64,000 bases of DNA from Bilabrum cf. latius (Eukaryota), in contig OZ237739.1 of assembly GCA_965178125.1 (NCBI GenBank), forward strand, positions 930,001 through 994,000. The letters run 5' to 3'. Shown here in pieces: positions 59,601-64,000 of the stretch (the first letter of the stretch is position 1; every line of letters begins with the position of its first letter). A program made the translations under genes and the position numbers. The notes below the pieces were generated by a model. That model had not been told where the DNA came from. It searched no databases and saw only the letters and a program-made list of their open reading frames with translations.

Positions 59601-62600
59601 GCGTCGGAGCAGGCCGCCAAGGAGCGTCGAGAGGATTCACTAGCGATCGACTGGCAGGCTGGGGACAGAGAGGGTGTGCTCTTGGCCCAGAACAAGGTGA
59701 AGCGCAAGCAGTGGAAGCTGTGGGAGAGCACGGAGGTTGCTTGGGAGAAGGGCTTGCCTGGCGTGCCGCCCATCAATCCGTTCCACGAGTCGGCTCATGT
59801 GCAGGCGCGGCGGGAGGCGCAGGAGGCGGCAGGGGATGACGACGATCTTGGCGGAATTGGGGGCGGTGCAAGCTTAGAGCCGGCGCGAGGTGCGGGGGAG
59901 GAAGAGGGAACGAGGCGCAAGGCGAGGGGGGCGCAAGAAGCAGAGGTTGTCACGACGTGCGAGCCCGCTACGGAGCAGCTGAGGCGGTTTGCCTGCCGGT
60001 TGATCACGGGGGACGACGAGGACGGCCACACTAGCCTCAAAGTGGAGCCGACTGGTGACCCGCCCGAACCGCCCGGCTGGCTCTGGAGACGCTTCGGGCT
60101 GGAGCGCAGGCTTCGATTGCTTCTGCGGAGATCCCGCGCCCTCAATGCACCGGCCGGACTAGTGATCGGCCGGGAGCCGATTGAGGTTGACCTTGAGGAC
60201 GAGAGCGGGTACTCTCCCCTGTTCCTGTGCGCTTCTGCGGGGAATGCCGACGCTGTTTCAGTGCTGCTTGCCGCCGGGGCAGACCCGCTGCATGCTACAA
60301 AGAGGGGTAAGAGCGTGCTGTACGTGGCCGTGGAGAAAGGCTTCGCCAACGTGGTGGAGGCACTGCTCCCATACATGTCGCCGAGGCACGTGCGGCAGAA
60401 GACAAAGTACGGCACCGACGTGATGCACGCTGCAAAGAAGCACGGCAGAAGGGAGGTCATGCGCCTCTTGGAGGATTTCCTGGCCCGCGAGGATGGCAGA
60501 GAGGCGAGGCGGCTGGAGAAGATGGAGGCGGAGAAGCGGTGGGGCCCGGGGACAGCCAGCGACAGGGCGCAGTGGGCAAAGAAACAAGCCTCTGCGATGG
60601 AGCGGCTCCGGACAGGCAGCCAAAGGTAGCTGGTGCCGGGCTCTGGCGGCTCCGGGGGCAGCACTCCGCAGGCTGGCGGTGGAGCTAGCGCCGCTTCAGG
60701 TTCCGGTAGGGCGCAATCAAGGAGCAGAGACCCGCGACCTAGGGCTAGAGCTGGTGCGGGAGCGGGAGGCGGCAGCAGCAGCGGTACTAGCCGACGCACT
60801 GAGAGTAAATCGAGAGGCGGCGGATCCGATGGCATCAAGGCTCGCAGCAAATCTGTCGACCCGATGGCGAAGGTGCGGGCCCTCCGTACTGCGGCAGAAA
60901 GGTCCAGGAAGGAAGCAGAAGAACGAGAAGCGGCCAAGCGTGCCTCTGCCACTACAGGTGCGGTGGTTGACTTGGGAATGGCCATGGGACTCGGCATGGA
61001 GGCAGCAGTGGCGAAGCAGCGGGGTCCCGCCCCACCAGGCACTAAAGCATCCAAGCGCAGCCGTAGCGTCGCGCCACAGCGCAAGGCAACCCGGCGGCTT
61101 GCCCCATCGAAGCCACAAGCTGCACCTGTGCGCAAGCCGCCCACCGGCCGCAATGATGGCGGTGTGCTTAGCAGGGGGTCCTCCCAGCCCAACTCGCCGA
61201 AGGTGGCAAGCGGCGCCGGCCATGCAGGGCCTGCAGCCTCCGAGCAGAGCAGCAGCAGTCGCCTGCAGAGCAGCCCCGTCAATGTCGGCGGCCCGCCCCC
61301 GAGGACGAGGGTCAGCCTTAAGGAGGCACAGGAAGCGCAGCAGGCAGCTGCGTAGACCCATTTGGCCGCTGCATCGACTTTATAGCAGCAGTCGGGAGGG
61401 AGGGATGTTCCTTCTGCCGGTAGCGCGCGCGATGTGAGTGGCCTGGTGAAGGGCGGGACGCTCAAGCGAGCGTCGAGCGCGGGCATCAGAGAGATGGCAA
61501 GGATGGAGCTGGCTGCCGCAGCAGAGGGTGCGGGAGAGGGCAAGGAAGAAGAAACAAGCGCTCCGCCACATAGCCGTGGTCCGGCTGCCAGCGGCGCCAG
61601 TGGAATGAGCAAAGCAGAGCAGCGCCGGGCTGCTAGGGCAGCGCATTTCGACCGTTTGTTCGCCGCCAAACCTTCGGGGCGCATGCAGCCGCAGCAGAAC
61701 GAGCCGAGCTAGTCATCTGGCCATGCCGGCTCGCAGTCGGCAGCAACTGCAGCATTAGCTGGCGCATCTGCAGCACTCGCTGGACTCCCTGCCCTCTCGG
61801 GAAGGCCAAGCTCTCCGCTTCATACTCCTAGCCACGAGACACAAGCCCGACTCATCTAGAACGATGCCGCACCAACGCAAGGGCATGGTGGTGCTGTGAT
61901 ATCTCCCCTGTAGGCTGCCAGGCAGCCAGCAGGTCCTGCCGATCCTAATCCTCAGCACCGCAACAGCTCGTCTCCCATCGCGGCAAGACCGGACAGCGGG
62001 TCTGCCGCAGAGAGCAGGAGGCGATAGGTAGTCAGCGCGCGGTCAGCTGCCAGTGCAGGAGCCAGTTCTCCCATTGGAGGGGCATTTCGGACTGCGAGTG
62101 GCGGCGCGTCTCCCTCCGCGCTGGCCTTGCGTGCGGCTGAATCTGCCGCGTACAGCAGCCGGGCTGGCATGGCTCGGGCCAGCAAGCGTGCGGCAAGCGG
62201 CGGTGCCAAGGGCCGCGGCAGCAACGCGGTGGGTGGGCCACCACTAGTGCCGCGTCGAGCGTTCGCAGAGCTAGAGGCTGACTTCCACGCTGCTGATGCG
62301 GTTCCAGGAGCCAGGCAGCAGCATGCTGCCCGAGGCAACAGCGTCGGGGGTGCCAAGCGAGTCAAGGCCAAGAGAACAGCGCAGGGGCACAGCAGAGAGG
62401 AGTCGGCCGCTGCACCACTCTCCCTTGGTGTTGGCGGCGTTGGCCTTCAGGTGTCGGGACAGGGCGAGTCCGAGGGGGGCGGCTGGGTTGGTGTGGGGGA
62501 TAGGGTGGCAGAAGAGAAGCAACGAGAGCTAATGAAGGAACGGCGCGCGGAAGAGCGGCTGAAGCAGCGGATCTAGGCGGGCGGAGCCAGAGCAATGATG

Positions 62601-62792
62601 CCGGGGGGAGGGGGTGGTGCGCCAGTCAGGATTCCGGCTGGAGGTAGCCGCGAATCATCGCCCATTCAGGCAAAGCCAAGAAAGAAGAAGGACACTCTCA
62701 AGCTCGCTGCGATGGCCTACGGCGTGGGAGGCAAGAGCAGCAAAAAGAAGAAGAAGAAAGCGCCTCACAAAAGGTCGCTTCTCATGTTGTAA
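56639..62792 (+). CDS. F-box + ankyrin-repeat protein with long low-complexity tail (exons 56639-56740, 56860-57094, 57208-62792; ~1,970 aa)
   Basis: Spliced F-box IPIDIK|LRWFQFLPVEDLANCGAVCKAW; ankyrin repeats (ATPLTRAV, GKSAVLLAV, NTPLCLAC, GYSPLFLCA, GKSVLYVAV). About 11 in-frame TAG; ends in TAA. Confidence 0.8.
58047..58100 (+). repeat. (GGTGCTGGG)6 coding minisatellite (Gly-Ala-Gly)
   Basis: Six perfect 9-bp units. Confidence 0.9.
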
Positions 62793-62854
62793 GTGATTGA
62801 TTCTTGCACAACGAGGGTCAGCCAATTTCTCAATGCTTGTAGCTGCAAATCTGC

Positions 62855-64000
62855 TCAGTCATCTCTCAACAGCTTGACCCCAGCTGGAAACTTGCGGTGC
62901 TTTCGCTTGTTCTCCATGCTGGTCTTCTTGCAAAGATCCTTGTGCTTCATCCTCGTGAGTCTGTCTGTCGAGGTGGCCGCCTGCAGCAGCTCCTTTGGCA
63001 CCACAACGTGCTGCCCAAGCCCTCCCGCGCGACTGCGGCTCGCAAGAGATTGCCCTGACCGGATCCCACCGAGCCTTTTAGGGCTCCTGCCACCCGTGAC
63101 CTGACTGCCGGACTGACCGTGGCTCCTCGGTCCTAGGCTGTGCCTGGCACCTGCACCAGCTGCGAATGCTGCGAATCTTGCACCACCTTCCGGTACTGCA
63201 ATCGCCACGCTGCGCTCCTCTCCGTCCACGGTGTCACCATCAGCAATGTCTGCCTCCTCCCTTGGCACACCAGCATCGGTGCCAGCGGTCTTTCGCTGAG
63301 AAGGGTCGTTGCCGCCTTGGGTCCAGCCCCGCATGTCGGATTCAGACGTTTGCCGCCCGGTGGTTGGTACGGCACCCGCCGCGGCCGCTGCGTGCTCCCC
63401 GGCGTCTCGGTGGCCGCTCGTAATTGCCGCATCAAAGTCGTCCGTGTCGCCTTGCGGTTCGCCATCGAGCCATTCTGTGACACCTATCCATAGCTCCTGC
63501 AGCGCCACAGCCTGCTGCTCCGTCATAGGTACACCCTGTGCATCCACTGCCTCCACCGCGCCAAGCAAAGCCCTAGCGCGGTCAGCTGCAACGCCGCCAA
63601 ACCCCTCCCTTTGGTGTATCCCAAGGATGCGATCAGCGAGCGCTGCCTTGTCTTGCAGCTCTTCTTGTACGCTGGCCGAGTCAGCCAATGCCATGGCCCA
63701 CTCGACCGGGTCGTCACCCTCCGCCATCTTGCGGTCGCCAGAGTCAAAAGTACCGGCAGCTGCCATCGCACCGAGGAAACCGCCCTGTGTAGACCCTTTG
63801 AGGGGTGTACTAGCCTTGCCCACCTTCGGTTTGGTCCGGCCGCGCAATTCGCCTGTGTGGTCTCCAAGGCCTGGCTGAGGCCGCCTGAGGCCCAGGGAAG
63901 ATCGTGACCGTCCAATAGCCAGGGAGGACTGCTTGCTGGCAACGGAGTCTCCCCCGTTTAGCCCGCTCTCCGTTGTAAGCGCGAGGCGGTTCTTTCTCAT
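62855..64000 (-). CDS. 3' part of a hypothetical protein (runs off the window end)
   Basis: 381-codon open frame ending in TGA at 62855, convergent with the F-box gene; no family recognised. Confidence 0.65.
   Translation of the reverse strand: MRKNRLALTTESGLNGGDSVASKQSSLAIGRSRSSLGLRRPQPGLGDHTGELRGRTKPKVGKASTPLKGSTQGGFLGAMAAAGTFDSGDRKMAEGDDPVEWAMALADSASVQEELQDKAALADRILGIHQREGFGGVAADRARALLGAVEAVDAQGVPMTEQQAVALQELWIGVTEWLDGEPQGDTDDFDAAITSGHRDAGEHAAAAAGAVPTTGRQTSESDMRGWTQGGNDPSQRKTAGTDAGVPREEADIADGDTVDGEERSVAIAVPEGGARFAAFAAGAGARHSLGPRSHGQSGSQVTGGRSPKRLGGIRSGQSLASRSRAGGLGQHVVVPKELLQAATSTDRLTRMKHKDLCKKTSMENKRKHRKFPAGVKLLRDD

Noticed and set aside
59795-61684. Long antisense/overlapping ORFs in the track (e.g. 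629 aa at 59795-61684, 309 aa at 6060-6989)
   Set aside because: Shadow frames of GC-rich coding sequence on the other strand; no recognisable domains.
3-62792. Mass pseudogenisation or C-to-T sequencing/deamination artefact as the cause of the internal stops
   Set aside because: Either would also create TAA (from CAA), TGA (from CGA) and frameshifts. None was found in about 55 kb of coding sequence, and catalytic motifs are intact.
26913-62792. Ciliate-type code (UAA and UAG both Gln)
   Set aside because: TAA was seen only at gene ends and in introns or intergenic DNA, never inside exons.
1-64000. Prokaryotic/phage origin (e.g. code-15 phage) or mobile element
   Set aside because: Spliceosomal introns and eukaryote-specific genes (PGAP1, Fyv7, CAP-Gly, F-box, mS45) are present. 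No transposase, RT, integrase or capsid motifs were recognised.

Overview
GC-rich, very gene-dense eukaryotic (protist-like) nuclear DNA. I can reconstruct about 17 protein-coding genes, with 13 inferred short GT-AG introns (87-139 nt) and mostly very short intergenic gaps. The main result is a non-standard genetic code. The supplied ORF track is fragmented because nearly every gene contains in-frame TAG codons (roughly 120 by hand count). No in-frame TAA or TGA was found inside any reconstructed exon, and the genes end in TGA (14) or TAA (3). Where a TAG falls in a recognisable motif or an internal repeat, it usually occupies a Gln position. The sequence therefore indicates UAG=Gln with UAA/UGA=stop, a rare code in which UAG and UAA are uncoupled. 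With TAG read as Gln the window encodes: a PTP/DUF442-like protein (partial), AK6/Fap7, a trefoil + GH38-like/DUF5054-like protein, a CUB-TSP1 receptor with a beta-adaptin appendage tail, a signal peptide-ankyrin-JmjC protein, a ~3,200-aa TM/cyclase-like/AGC-kinase fusion, a GT61 glycosyltransferase, a long PGAP1, mitoribosomal mS45, a ~3,900-aa KOW/WW protein, a candidate small secreted protein, an intron-rich ankyrin protein, a multipass membrane protein, Fyv7/TAP26, a C2HC zinc-finger/CAP-Gly protein, an F-box/ankyrin protein and a partial unknown gene. There is also a degenerate tRNA-Ser(GCT)-like fragment. Domain calls are by eye, with no database search, and the taxonomic placement is uncertain.
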